NCBI GenBank assembly: GCA_002269645.1
Contig: NIVC01002018.1
Location: 124,001 to 188,000 of the forward strand
Direction of reading: 5' to 3'
Length of the DNA stretch: 64,000 nt
DNA from: Macrostomum lignano
Lineage: Eukaryota
A program made the translations under genes and the position numbers. The first letter of the stretch is position 1; each line of letters starts with the position of its first letter. Positions 28,816 to 42,223 of the stretch are shown in pieces. The notes beneath the pieces are model-generated. The model ran no database searches. It was given only the letters and a program-made list of their open reading frames with translations, and had not been told where the DNA came from.

Positions 28816-31302
28816 AATGTGAGGGTTTCACGAGAGATATTCAGACAAAGGCTCCCTAAAACACGCCCCACACCGGGCCCCGAACTGCTACACATTATAA
28901 CATTTTTTGTCAATGCAGTATTTGATTGCAAGGAAAAGTTAAAATAGTAATGGAATAAATATCTTTATTTATTTTTTTAAATATTATTATTTTTATATTC
29001 TCGTTTTCATTATTAAATTATAATATTATTATTTTATTAATATTATTATTAATATCACTTATTGTTCACCGAATTTTATATTTCAAAGTAAAAAAACTAA
29101 ATTTAATAAAAACTTGAAGCTTAACAGAAAATGCATTCTGAAGTGTCTTTAGTTATAGTCCAATTTGTTTTAATGTGTAGCGCTGCAGGGCGGTGCGGGG
29201 CGTGTTTTAGGGAGACCCATTCAGACAGACATTCAAAATGATTGTCTGTAACTTCAAACAAAATTGACCCGCTTCAACCATCTTTTTGGCAAATACTTAC
29301 GCAAGTGTTGGGCGTCGAATAAGCTTTAATTTATTAACTGAAGTAAAAATCCTTCTGACATACATTGATTTAAAAATTGCTTAGCAACACTAGCTCTGAT
29401 TAGAAATCGCTTTACTGTTGACTAAAATTGTTTTGATCGTAGCAGCCTAAAAGCAGATACTGGATTTAAAAATGCTTCGATTTACTCTATACGCATGTCT
29501 CAGCTTTAAAATGACACCTCAGGCGTCGCAAAAGACAGCTTTGATGCTGAGATATTCGACACTAAACATGCATTGCTTTGCGCAATCTCACATTCAGAAA
29601 TTTCACTGATTTTTTGTCGATATTTGTGCAGTTGCCATGTCCTTGTTTTTCATCAGAATCTTGTCAAATTCTAGTCATGTCTATACGCATGTCTCAGCTT
29701 TAAAATGACACCTCAGGCATTGCAAAAGACAGCTTTGATGCTGAGATATTCGACACTAAACATTGCTTTGCTCAAACTCACATTCGGAAACTTCACTGAT
29801 TTTTATTCAATATTTGTTCAGATGCTTGTCTACTTCTCCATTTATTAACCATCGCATGGAGCCTTGCTAACGTACAAGTGTATGTAGTTACAGTAAATGG
29901 GGTTTTTGTGACTCACTTAAACTTGTTTACGCATTCTGCAGCTATTCGCCGCCTTTCATTGGAGTGATTCATGGAGTCCAGTTGATAAATTTCCACAAAT
30001 TGGACTGCTTCTACGTCAGATCTCAACATTTGGAACCGTCCTTGAACTATTTCAGAGTTAAGTGAGCTAATGGCATCAAATGGAAGGCTAGTGCTCGTAC
30101 TTGTAAGCGAAGCAGGTTCACAATTGAAATGGTTGTATTCATGGCCATGGGATCTAAACTGATCTGTTTTACTTTCACGATCGCTTTGGTCTCAGAAGGA
30201 GCAGCAGTTGATGGACTGAGGTGAGAAGAAGATGTGTCACGACTTGAGCTGTTTATAGAAAATATCTTTATCCAATTAAATATTTTCATGCGGCTCCTTA
30301 GGTTGTTCCGAATTCCGAGTCTAGAAGTCAAGACAGAAAAAAAGTTAAGAACTGCTACTGTAGTCCGTAGGGATTGGAAAGCTTAGCAGTACATTAGAAA
30401 CCGCCTGTTCAATCTAAAAAGTTTGAAGTACATATAGCTATTGGGTTGCAACAACAGTAGAAAAAATTCTTCCTTTTTATTTTATTCCCACCGCTTACCT
30501 CATTCCGATTTGGATAGCAGAATTGCCACGCAAAAAAAGTAAAAACATAACAATAAACTATTTGCTTCATATTAATTGCCACTGACTGTTAATAAACGCG
30601 ACGTCAATTTCTCTCAATAACAGTTGGAACATGTTTCTCGTACACTCGTATATTTATTTGAACCGCAAAGCGGTGAAAAAGTCATGATTGGTTGCCATAT
30701 GTACAAATGTACACTCACAGACTCACTGACTCAGGTACAATCTATGCAATATAAAGGCAGGAATCATTAAAAATCAAATACTTAAGACAGTTTAAGAGAA
30801 GTCCAGGTTTAAACTGGACATGACTAGAATTTGACAAGTTTCTGATGAAAAACAAGGACACGGCAACTGCACAAATATCGACAAAAAATCAGTGAAATTT
30901 CTGAATGTGAGATTGCGCAAAGCAATGCATGTTTAGTGTCAAATATCTCAGCATCAAAGCTGTCTTTTGCGATGCCTGAGGTGTCATTTTAAAGCTGAGA
31001 CATGCGTATAGAGTAAATCGAAGCATTTTTAAATCCAGTATCTGCTTTTAGGCTGCTACAATCAAAACAATTTTAGTCAACAGTAAAGCAATTTCTAATC
31101 AGAGCTAGTGTTGCTAAGCAATTTTTAAATCAATGTATGTCAGAAGGATTTTTACTTCAGTTAATAAATTAAAGCTTATTCGACGCCCAACACTTGCGTA
31201 AGTATTTGCCAAAAAGATGGTTGAAGCGGGTCAATTTTGTTTAAAGTTACAGACGATCGTTTCGAATGTCTGTCTGAATATCTCTCGTGAAACCCTCACA
31301 TT
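28816..31302. mobile_element. Foldback-type element with ~490-bp terminal inverted repeats (middle layer)
   Basis: 28816-28847 plus 29228-29681 is the near-perfect reverse complement of about 30819-31302; no TSD identified. Confidence 0.8.
28848..29218. mobile_element. Mutator-like MITE (inner layer)
   Basis: 9-bp TSD ATTCAGACA (28839-28847 and 29219-29227); TIR ctccctaaaacacgcccc; AT-rich core. Confidence 0.8.
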
Positions 31303-33744
31303 CTAAACAAGACTCAAGAGAAATTGCACTCTGAGCCTTAAAATCGCACCTTGAAATTTGGCACAAGGTGCGATTTCGCACCTTATCTCTGGCAAAAAAA
31401 AAACCCAGGACTACAATATAATGAGATTTTGAAAGTTAGACCTCTATTGACTATTTTAGTAATAGTAGGCTGGCCCTAGGCATACTTTTCATTTTATTTA
31501 ATAAATCTCATTTGCCTAATAAAAAACCTTACTATAGAAAATAGGTCTAGTATTAGTAATAAAAACCATGCTAGGCGGCTAGGCCGCCTATTGCTACAAT
31601 TCAAAAGGTTAGGTTAGGTGACCTCATAGTCACTGACATCGTCATCGACATGACTGACACACCTGATGGTGACAGACATTAAAAAAGAATGCCAGTAAAT
31701 TCGAATAGGGGCCTAGGCCTACAGTATTCTACAGTATTCAGGCGATGGTTAAACTTTGAAATGTCCGTCTGCATAACAGCATAACTGTTGGCTGTTGGTC
31801 CGCGCTGGAAACCCAAACATTATTATGTTTATTAGGCTTGCCTTAATGTAGGCCTAGCTAGTGGAAAATTCTAGGACTAAGACTAAGAGCAGTGAGAAAA
31901 AAGACGCAATTTTAGTGAAATGTGATTATTTCTTTTAAAGAGCACGGCGAATTCGCAAACACATTAAATATTTTACATAATTTAGGACTTGGTCACTGAA
32001 GCCAGCTGCACTGCAGCTGAAAGTCCACTGTCTGTCTGGCAGTTATGATCTGCTGAAACTTGAAACCGAAAATATTTGCGCTTTAAAATAGAAGCAAAAT
32101 TTAACAAATGCAGAGTAGGGCGAACTTAGGATCACGTTGGACAACCAACTTTGTTGTCGTGTAAAAACGATCAGCAAACTTGAAAAGATTAATTTTTCAG
32201 TAGACTAAGTTTCCTTTATTTCCTTATTCGTGAGTATTTCTTTGAAGCTTTGTGTAAATGTGTAGCATAGAACCTTGATACACTTTAATGATATAGCAAA
32301 ACTTATAACTTTTAAATCCTAAATATAATCTAAACAATTTATTTCATGTTTTGCATGGGATAACCGTTCAATAATAAATAAATATTAGCTCAGGACAATT
32401 TTTTGGATCTGAAAGGTTATCTCTGGAAAGTTTTATAGTTTACCAAGACAATGTGACATGTCAATACTTTCTTAATGCTCAACAGGATCATATTTTCAGA
32501 ATTCAGAATTCTAGGCACTTAAGGTGGAGAATTTTGTTTCTTTCTTTAATGTTTGCCATTCCTCCAGGCTCTTTACAATACAAGCTAATCTTGGAAATCA
32601 ATCTTTGCTAAAAACAGCTTTTGAATACGCTAATATAAACGTCATGATGAACTCTTACAAAGCGCACTAACTTAACTTTTTAGTTTTCTAAGAAGCCATA
32701 TCCTGGTAATTCATATCACGTTACACACTAATGTTTTGTAGTGTGAAGCGTTAGTCAGAAATTGACATAAGGATATTACTGGATATATCCTATCCTGTAT
32801 AGACTATTCATCTAAAAGTGTCCTTATGTGTCCTTGTTTTGTCCAGGCGCAACATTACCGGGCGTAGATATAAGTGTAAATACCAGTTTAAAATCACATA
32901 AAAAGAAAGGCTGTTTTTCAACAATATAATTGATAAGGCCTATTGGCTATTATTCTATTGTTTTAGTTTATAAGTTGTCTGAGTTGATAATTTAATTTAT
33001 TGTTCGGTGAAATATATTTAAATTATATTTTTGGCGAAGTAGTTAATTTTTTCTAGGCTCTTGATGATCTTGATCTTAACAATAGTTTGATAGGAGCATG
33101 CCATTTTATTAGGTTGCAAGATAGTTGCTTGTGTTGTATATTGTTCGAAATAAATCTGCTTGAAAAGTCGTTTTTTTGTTTCCATAGGTCCCTTTACAAA
33201 GAGCCTACTGCATTGTTTAACTGTTTCTGCTTTATATTACTTCTAGTTCTAGTCATGTTTTCCTTTAAAAGCTTAGCTAAAATAATTTTTCATAGTTTTT
33301 CACAGGTATAATATTAGTTATCAATGGGCTATATATATTATAATGTTTTTTATCACTGCAAAATTAGTTCAATTATACTTTCGTTTGTGGTTAATTCACT
33401 TGTTCTATATTTTGTGTTATGTTTTCTAACTTTTAATGTTGCCAAATTATTATATCTAGTTGTTGCTAGTTATTTTATTGAAAAACACTGTTTTGTAGTT
33501 TATTTATTTTTTATCAATGTACAATTTAACAGCTTATTCAATATAAATTCATTTTCCTATTTCAAGAATAGAATAGTTTTAGGTATTTTTAATCCATTGG
33601 GTACTGTTCACATGACAACCTAAATTTCGTAACTCTTGTGAATTCTACCTACTTTTAATTCATTCCAATTTTACTCATAGTAAGAACTGTACTATAAATC
33701 TAGCTTTACTCCAATTTTAGGCATCTGTGCTATATCTACCGCGC

Positions 33745-36700
33745 ATGGCATCTCAGAGATATATGTATCTGAAAGACATTCCTGCAAGGGATATGTACCA
33801 TCTGCAAACTGTTGTGAGCACCTCTGAGTCCACTGACCGCTTTGGCGCCTGGTTACTCCTGGCAAATTTTGCTGGTTTCCCTACCGAAACAATCAACAGA
33901 ATCAAAGCCATGGGCAGCAATAGAGTAGAATGGACAAAGACATTCTTTGACAATTGGCTGCAGCGGCTTCCAACTCTGGCCTCGGTTGCTCGCGCTGTCA
34001 CCAAAGCATCTCTAGTTGAAGCTGTCAGAATCCTGGAGCCTCTGTGCCACGGCGAGGCTCTGCAAATCCTGCAGCAGTGGCAGCGAATGCAGGATGAAGA
34101 GCTTCAGCTGCAGTTGCCGCCGCCGTCTCCAACCATGGGTGCACCGAGGCATCAGCATCAGCAGCAGCATGGCGAGTTCCAGCAATCAGCTGACAGTTTC
34201 GTTGTGCAGCATCGGGAAAACCCGCACGGCATCGAGGCCAACTCCACCCCCACTGCGACTGACATGGAGACAGAAAATCAGGTGATTTGGTGAAATGAGG
34301 GCCCGTTTCTTTGCACCGTTTTGTTTCCTATTGACGAAGTATTGACGTATTGAGCATATTATTTTTTATTATTTTCAATCCGCCCCTATACACGCATTTT
34401 TTGTTTGCTTTATAAACCTTTAATTTCCGCGTATTCAGCATCGCAAAAATTTATGCTAGATAAAAATCTTAACCGTGCTAACAAACAATTCCTGACAACC
34501 CCCCCCCCCCTGCTATCCTATACGCCAAGCCAACCAGCTGCCTCGCTGAGTTGCCCCAGACTCAGCCTGCTGCTACACCTGCAGCCCCCGTCGCATTGAG
34601 ACAACTGCCGCCCGCCGTCAGGACTCAGGTAAAAATAGCTTTGATCGCTTTTTTTAAATCTCTTGCCTTTCTTCCTCGTCTCCAATGCTAATTTCTGTTC
34701 TCCTCTGTGCCCTGGATCTATTTTTTTAATACATTTCTAGGAATCTTGGGACTGCTAGTTAAATTCGTTACTCTGTTCCTTAATTCTTAATAAGATTCGT
34801 ATACGTATTATCTCTCATAAAAATATTAATATTTTGATGATGTTTTTTCTGTGAATTAATACGATCCGCGTCCAAAGAAGCATTAGCTACTGATTCCCAA
34901 TCCTTAATTTTATACATCCCGATCTAAATTATATTTCTAAGAATCCCGCTCAAATTGATTTAAAATCTAACAAGCCGCATCCAATTTCTAAGGATCCTGA
35001 TACGCTTTCCAAGAATCTCTGATACGCTTTACAAGAATCTCTGATACGCTTTACAAGAATCTCTGATACGCTTTACAAGAATCTCTGATACGCTTTCCAA
35101 GAATCTCTGATACGCTTTACAAGAATCTCTGATACGCTTTACAAGAATCTCTGATACGCTTTACAAGAATCTCTGATACGCTTTCCAAGAATCTCTGATA
35201 CGCTTTCCAAGAATCTCTGATACACTTTCTAAGAATCTCTGATACACTTTCAAAGATCCCTGATACACTTACCAAGAATCCCTGATACACTTTCCAAGAA
35301 TCCCTAGTACACTTTCCAATAAACCGTGATACACTTTCCAAGAATCCCTGATACACTTTCCAAGAATCCGTGATACACACTTTCCAAGAATCCATGATAG
35401 TCTTTCCAAGAATGCCGGATAAACATTCCAAAAATCCCTGATACACATTCCAAGAATCCATGATACACTTTCCAAGAACTCCTGATACACTTTCCAAGAG
35501 TCCCTGATACACTTTCCAAGAATCCCTGACACACTTTCCAATAAACCGTGATACACTTTCCTAGAATTCCTGATACACTTTCCAAGAATCCCTGACACAC
35601 TTTCCAATAAACCGTGATACACTTTCCTAGAATTCCTGATACACTTTCCAAGAATCCATGATAGTCTTTCCAAGAATGCCGGATAAACATTCCAAAAATC
35701 CCTGATACACATTCCAAGAATCCATGATACACTTTCCAAGAACTCCTGATACACTTTCCAAGAATCCGTGATACACTTTCCAAGAGTCCCTGATACACTT
35801 TCCAAGAATCCCTGACACACTTTCCAATAAACCGTGATACACTTTCCTAGAATTCCTGATACACTTTCCAAGAATCCCTGACACACTTTCCAATAAACCG
35901 TGATACACTTTCCTAGAATTCCTGATACACTTTCCAAGAACCCCTGATACACTTTCCAAGAATCCCTGATACACTTTCCAAGAATCCCTGATACAATTTC
36001 CAGGAATCTCTGATACACCTTCCCAATAACTCCTGATACACTTTCCAGGAATCCAAGAATTCCATGCTTCTAAGTATCAAGTATCCGAAAAAATTCTAAG
36101 AATTCTTGAAACAAATTCCAAGAATCCTTGAAACAAATTCCAAGAATCCTTGAAACAAATTCCAAGAATCCCTTATACATTTTCCAAGAATTCCTGATGC
36201 ATTTTCCAAGAATTCCTGATGCATTTTCCAAGAATTCCTGATGCATTTTCCAAGAATTCCTGATACATTTTTTAAGAATTTCAATCAAACTTCTAGGAAA
36301 CCGGATAATTTCTAAGAATCAATTTTTCAATTCTAAGAATCAGAGCCAACGTAAACAAAATAATCCCCAATCTCCGAAATCCAACTCCGCTCCATCAGCT
36401 GCGCGTCTCGTGGAGGATGGGCAGTTTCAACCGTCAGCCCGTGCGGCAGCTGCAGCTGGTGACCAACACAGATGAGGCTTGGGCGGCCGCCAATCGGCTG
36501 CTGAGTTTCCACCGCCAACTCGCCCATCCGCACCTGGCACCGCTGCTTGGTTCGCAAAAGTTCTCAGGCAGTGTCGATTTGTACTTTCCAGTCTACCGGT
36601 GCACTTTAGAGGATGCTTATTGCTGTCGAATTATGATGAAATTTGGATGCCCATTGGACTTTGAGTCCCGGCTGCGGTTGCTGTTCGGCATCGCCAAGGC

Positions 36701-38052
36701 GCTGCTGTACCTGCATGGCGGCCAGCAGGCTGGGCAGAGCTTCGTGTTGGGCAACCTGGCTGCCAACTCTGTGAGCCCCAGTCTGGCCTTCAATTTTTGT
36801 AGGATTTGTTAATTTGTATTTCTAAGAATCTCAATCTCTCATTCTAAGAATTTTGATCGCATTTCCAAGAATCTTCATCTCATTTCTAAAATTCTGGATT
36901 CTTTTATTTTTAGGAATCTCAATCTCATTTCGAAAAATATTATCCCGTTTTCTATGAAACCTGATCCCGTTTCTAAGAAACCCTTTCTAAGAATATTGAT
37001 CTCTCATTCTAAGAATCTCGATCTTGCATTCTAAAAATCTCGATCTGATTTCTAAGAATCTTGATCGCATTTTTAAGAATCTCGATCTCATTTCTAAGAA
37101 GATTGATTTCTCATTCTAAGAATCTCGATCTCATTTCTAAGAATATCGATCCCTCATTCTAAGAATCTTTTTCTAATTTCTAAAATTCTCTATTTAATTT
37201 TTAAGAATCTCAATCTCATTTCTAAAAACATTATCCCGTTTCTAATAATTTTGATCTCGTTTCTAAGAAACCCGATTTAATTTCTAAGAATCTCTTTTCC
37301 ATTACTACGAATATTGATAACATTTCGATTAAATTTCTTAGAATCCATATACTACGAGCTATTTCTAAGCATCCCGATGCCATTTCTAAGAATCACGATC
37401 GTATTTTTCAGAACTCCGGCAATTTTAAGAATCCTAATCATTAGTGATGGGGCGGAGTCTGGAGCTCTTGTGCGCTCCATTAGTGATGGGGCGGAGTCTG
37501 GAGCTCTTGTGCGCTCCATTAGAGATGGTGCGGAGAGTCTGGAGCTCTTGTGCGCTCCATTAGCGATGGGGCGGAGATTCTGGATTAAATTTTCACTTCA
37601 AAGCCACTGCCGCAACGCCGCAGGTAATGCTTGACAGTTTTTGGTGTCCAGCCATCTGCGACCTGACGGAACTGCGCGAGGCCGACGCCAACGAGAATTT
37701 CTCAGCAGACGTGTCGGCTTTCAAAACCGTCGCCATGGAGACCCTGACTGGCTGGTCCAGCCGCCAGGACAGGCGCAAATTCGACGAAGCAGTCAACAAA
37801 GTGGACGAGCTGCTGACACTGCAGTTCGATACTCGGACTCAGTTTGTGCTGGACAGCGAGTGCCTGCTGCCGGACGAGATGAGGCTGGACGAGACTCAAG
37901 TTGATGAGGATGTCATCAGCTTAATGTGCACGCGCTATCAAATCTTTCTCACCGTGATGCACGAAACAGCTGGCGTTGTCAGTATGCAAGACTTGGCAGA
38001 AGTTATGAGACAGAATCAGTACTTTAACAAAATGTGGTACACGTTCTGTTAG
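33745..38052 (+). CDS. Death-domain + pseudokinase protein, IRAK/Pelle/Tube-like
   Basis: Exons 33745-34281, 34560-34628, 36399-36770 and 37624-38052 are all phase 0 (468 aa). N-terminal death-fold pattern (YLKDIP..W..LA..AG..I..I..W..T..W). Kinase fold: LDFESRLRLLFGIAKALLYLH, VLGNLAANSVMLD, ADVSAFKTVAMETLTG. Confidence 0.72.
34990..36300. repeat. Intronic 21-22-bp minisatellite (ccaagaatccctgatacacttt) with subfamily blocks
   Basis: Direct tandem array. Confidence 0.95.
36820..37575. repeat. Intronic ~21-bp degenerate array (ttctaagaatctcgatctca) followed by a 39-bp x3 repeat
   Basis: Direct tandem arrays filling intron 3 of the pseudokinase gene. Confidence 0.88.
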
Positions 38053-38249
38053 ATCTGAGACTTGAAAATGCGGTATTCAAGTATTTTTAAACTAGGCAGC
38101 TTGTTTTCGTTTCTGTTTTAGAAAGAATTTTTTACAAGTATGAAATTGCAAGCGTAATTTTTTGAGTTCTGAGATTTGTGAGCTCTGTAAACTTATAGTT
38201 TGGAATACAGAGTTTAAGAGACTTCGAACTCCGAATCGTTAGTATGAGA

Positions 38250-39005
38250 TTTTGAACCTTTTAGATCTGTGTGGGTCTTTGGTATGAGATTTTGGATCTG
38301 TGTGGCTCTTTTGTGAGATTTTGTTTTTTGTGGATCTTTGTTGTAAGCTTTTGAACACTTGTGGATCTTTGGTGTGAGATTTTGAATCTGTGTGGCTCTT
38401 TGGTGTGAGATTTTGAATCTGTGTGGCTCTTTGGTGTGAGATTTTGAATCTGTATGGGTCTTTGGTGTGAGATTTTGAATCTTTGTGGCTCTTTTGTGTG
38501 AGATTTTGAATCTGTGTGGCTCTTTGGTGTGAGATTTTGAATCTGTGTGGCTCTTTTGTGTGAGATCTTGAATCTGTGTGGGTCCTTGGTGTGAGATTTT
38601 GAATCTATGTGGGTCTTTGGTGTGAGATTTTGAATCTGTGTGGCTCTTTGGTGTGAGATTTTGAATCTGTGTGGCTCTTTGGTGTGAGATTTTGAATCTG
38701 TGTGGCTTTTTGGTGTGAGATTTTGAATCTGTGTGGGTCTTTGGTGTGAGATTTTGAATCTTTGTGGCTCTTTTGTGTGAGATTTTGAATCTGTGTGGCT
38801 CTTTTGTGTGAGATTTTGAATCTGTGTGGGTCCTTGGTGTGAGATTTTGAATCTGTGTGGCTCTTTGGTGTGAGATTTTGAATCTGTGTGGCTCTTTGGT
38901 GTGAGATTTTGAATCTGTGTGGCTCTTTTGTGTGAGATCTTGAATCTGTGTGGGTCCTTGGTGTGACATTTTGAATCTATGTGGGTCTTTGGTGTGAGAT
39001 TTTGT
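38250..39005. repeat. 31-bp minisatellite (gtgagattttgaatctgtgtggctctttggt)
   Basis: Direct tandem array; explains the SHTDSKSHTK ORFs. Confidence 0.95.
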
Positions 39006-39503
39006 CGAAAAAGTCTCAGTTTTAAGTCCTTGACAGACTGGAGATCAGGAATCAGGAATCCTGTCGTATTCCTGATGGCGTTGGAAAATTTATATTGCAT
39101 GCAGCATTTTTACTACTTTTACGCTCTTTACCAGTAGTAAAACCGTAACAGTTAATCAAGGCTCAGAAATATAGCTTCTCTAAATCGATAGATATGTATA
39201 TTTAATATCACGGTGGATTCAAGTATCACCATATTTAAACAATTTTATGGTTTCGCAATATGAGCTAGAGCATGTGATCAATCCATTGATAGATACTCTT
39301 GGAAGTATTAAATTGTTTAATAAAATGTAATTTGTCTTGTACGTCAGGCTAAGATTATTTGTAATTATTATTTTGTTGTAATATTTAATTGTAATTTGCG
39401 CTGCGCTTTCGATTCGTCCAAAGTGATTTCAAATTCGTCAGCGTATGCAACACTACACCTTTTCACGTTCAATTTTGATCAAAGTCCAGTTCTAAAAAAA
39501 CTA

Positions 39504-39623
39504 GCGGAAATTCAATTCAGACTGAGGATAATTTTGTCTATGGCTAAACCTTACTTCGGTTAGAATGTTTTGAGCTGGGGTTAGACTGGGCCCCAGTCTA
39601 AATTGTCTGAATTGAATTTCCGC
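39504..39623. mobile_element. 120-bp MITE-like element with perfect 19-bp inverted ends and an internal palindrome
   Basis: gcggaaattcaattcagac / gtctgaattgaatttccgc; internal ttagactggg-c-cccagtctaa; no TSD found. Confidence 0.6.
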
Positions 39624-39989
39624 ATTAACTGCCCGCTAATTTGAATTAAAGTAAGTTTGACTCCTGCAAGCGGGCTTAAATGTAGTCTATGGCATTAAAA
39701 GGCAAGAATAAGTGCCCAGCGGGCACAAAGGTCATGGTACAATGTACTATTTTAAAGACATTGGATATTGTCATAATTTTTTAGGGCATATGCCTGCATT
39801 TTCAGGGCATCAATGTGGCAATTCTTGCCTCGAATTGTCTATGACATTTTTATTTCAGTAGACGGAACACAAACAAGCAACAGAACAAAACATGCGCATA
39901 CAATGTGGTTTTAGAAGACAAGTTAGTCAACAGTTAGTCAGTTGAGTTGCCGTTAATGCGCCAAATTCATCATCAGACATTGGGTTTGC

Positions 39990-40470
39990 TAGTTGTTCAG
40001 GCCTTTAAAATCAAACGTACAATTTCGAAATGTGCCAGAAAAATTGACACTGGTTTAGACAGAATTAGAAGCGATGCAGTCCTGCTCGAATGCAGATCAG
40101 ACAATTGCTGTAGCATAGTACAGATTGTCCTTTGTTCTCAGTCTCGATAGAAGAAGCGCAAATAATTAGCCAAAATAGACTTTGGAATTAGTAATAGATC
40201 AGTTGACAGCTTGTTATCTTCCAGAAATCTCTTAAAAACGGTCTATATTGTCCTCCATCTGCCGAACAGAAGAATCGGGTATACCATCGCGTTCTAGCCC
40301 ATTTAGGTCTTCAATCACGTCGTCTGGAATGTCGAGAATCTCTTCTGATTCGATCTTGTCCGCGAATTCCTTGCTCAATTTCTCCAAATACCGGCTGTTT
40401 GACTCCGCTGAAATCCAGGCCAGCTGTTCGGTCGACATACGAGTACCAAATACAACTTCTCCAGGCAAAT
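39990..40470 (-). pseudogene. Crypton/DUF3504-type tyrosine-recombinase N-terminal relic
   Basis: With frameshifts it reads GIPDSSVRQMEDNIDRFKRFL..ILANYLRFFY..LRTKDNLYY..LICIRAGLHRF, resembling the Crypton/KCTD1-ZMYM pre-DUF3504 motif. Confidence 0.5.
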
Positions 40471-40645
40471 ATGAATAATTGATTAAGTGATTGATCATGC
40501 TTGAAGCGTGGTAAGAGCATGCTAACAAATTAAAATTTATCCTGACATTCTTTTTCCTTTTACAGTGAAGCTAAGCCCATAAATACGAGGTGTATCCCAA
40601 AAGTAAGTTTCCCTCATATGTAACTCGGCACCCAAGAGGCTCAGC

Positions 40646-41035
40646 CATGGATGAATGAATAGAATGGATTGCTATTCTGGCTCTGGCTATTTTCGTTTTT
40701 GACTCTTTTGCATCCGGTTCCCCCCCGTGCCTTTTCATTGGTTGATGATTGCCATAGACGGTTTTCGGCCTTCGCCCCTTTCTTTCGATGCACAGGCGCA
40801 AAGAACTGAGAATGTCAGTTACTTGCAGAGAATATCGAGCGCTCGTAGGTCTTCCCCCTTTATTTCAAAACACGAGCGAAAGCGCTTGTGCATCGAAAGA
40901 AAGGGGCGAAGGCCGAAAATTGTCTATGGCAATCATCAACCAATGAAAAGGCACGGGGGGGAACCGGATGCAAAAGAGTCAAAAACGAAAATAGCCAGAG
41001 CCAGAATAGCAATCCATTCTATTCATTCATCCATG
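40646..41035. mobile_element. hAT-type MITE with 154-bp TIRs inserted in the mariner 5' region
   Basis: 8-bp TSD GGCTCAGC (40638-40645 and 41036-41043); arms 40646-40799 and 40882-41035. Confidence 0.88.
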
Positions 41036-41156
41036 GGCTCAGCTAAGTGCCACGTACGTTGTTGCTTTCTTTTTTGTCTATGTTCCAACTCTAAGCAAGT
41101 CCTAGCTGGTTCTCGAGCTGCATGGCTGCAACCCAAGCACACAACCCTTAGCAACG

Positions 41157-42223
41157 ATGGCCGCGTCCAGCTCGTTCTCTCGCTATGACGTTCGAAGCAT
41201 CATCAAGTTTTCTGTGCTGTCTGGAAAATCGACACCAGAGATTCATCAAGAACTCGTGAGAGTCCTAGGAGAAGCTGCACCATCCATTCAAACGGTCAGG
41301 AAGTGGGTGCGAGAAATTCAAGAAGGATGGGACTGCATGGAGGACAAAGAGCGTTCTGGACGACCAAGGACTGCGACAACGGATTCCAATGCTGATCGCG
41401 TGATGGCTTCTGTGAGTGAAGACAACAGAAGGACATGCAGTGAGCTGGAGGAACTCCTCGGCATTCCCCACAGCACTGTGCACCGCATTCTGACCAAGAA
41501 TTTAGGCCTACAAAAGCTTTTCGCCAAATGGGTGCCACACCTGCTGACTGACGAGCAGATGGAGGAGCGGGTGATGGTGTCCCAGGACTGCCTCCGTCGG
41601 GTTCGTCGTGAAGGCGACGGATTTCTCAGTAGAATAGTGACTGGAGACGAGACGTGGGTCTACGAATGGGACCCAGAGCTGAAGCGGCAGTCAGCGCAGT
41701 GGCTTCCGATAGGATCGGCGAGTCCCGAGAAGGTGCGACGCAAACAAGGCTCATTGAAGGTGATGCACATCATTTTTTTGACATTGACGGGATCATTCTG
41801 GACTGGCCTGTGCCTGTGGGTACCAAAGTGAATGCTGAGTACTATCGATGGGTGCTTCAAGAGAAACTGCGACCAGCGATAAGGAAAAAGAGGCCGGGCC
41901 TTCTGGAGAGAGGCGTCATATTCCATCACGACAACGCCCCCGTGCATCGGGCCAGACGGGTTGAAGAGCTGCTCGGCTAGTGGAACTGGGAAATTCTCCG
42001 CCACCCGCACTACTCGCCTGATTTGGCTCCGGCAGACTTCTATCTGTTCCCGAAGATGAAAGAGAGCCTTCGTGGCCAGCGTTTCGGATCTGAGGAGCAG
42101 GTGAACAACAGCGCTTCATCAGCTCTCCGACATATGGCGATCGCAGGCTGCAGGCCCGCCTTTGAAGCGTGGGTGCGTCGCTGGGAAAAGTGCGTTGAGC
42201 TTGGCGGCCGATTTGTGGAGTGA
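41157..42223 (+). pseudogene. Mariner transposase with one frameshift and one in-frame stop
   Basis: Frameshift in a T-run near 41775 and TAG at 41978-41980. Confidence 0.88.

Larger units (their letters stand above)
28542..31408. mobile_element. Non-autonomous hAT-like element (outer layer of nest)
   Basis: 8-bp TSD GACTACAA (28534-28541 and 31409-31416); termini cagggtttttttttt / aaaaaaaaaacccag; subterminal aaaatcgcacc motifs. Confidence 0.85.
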
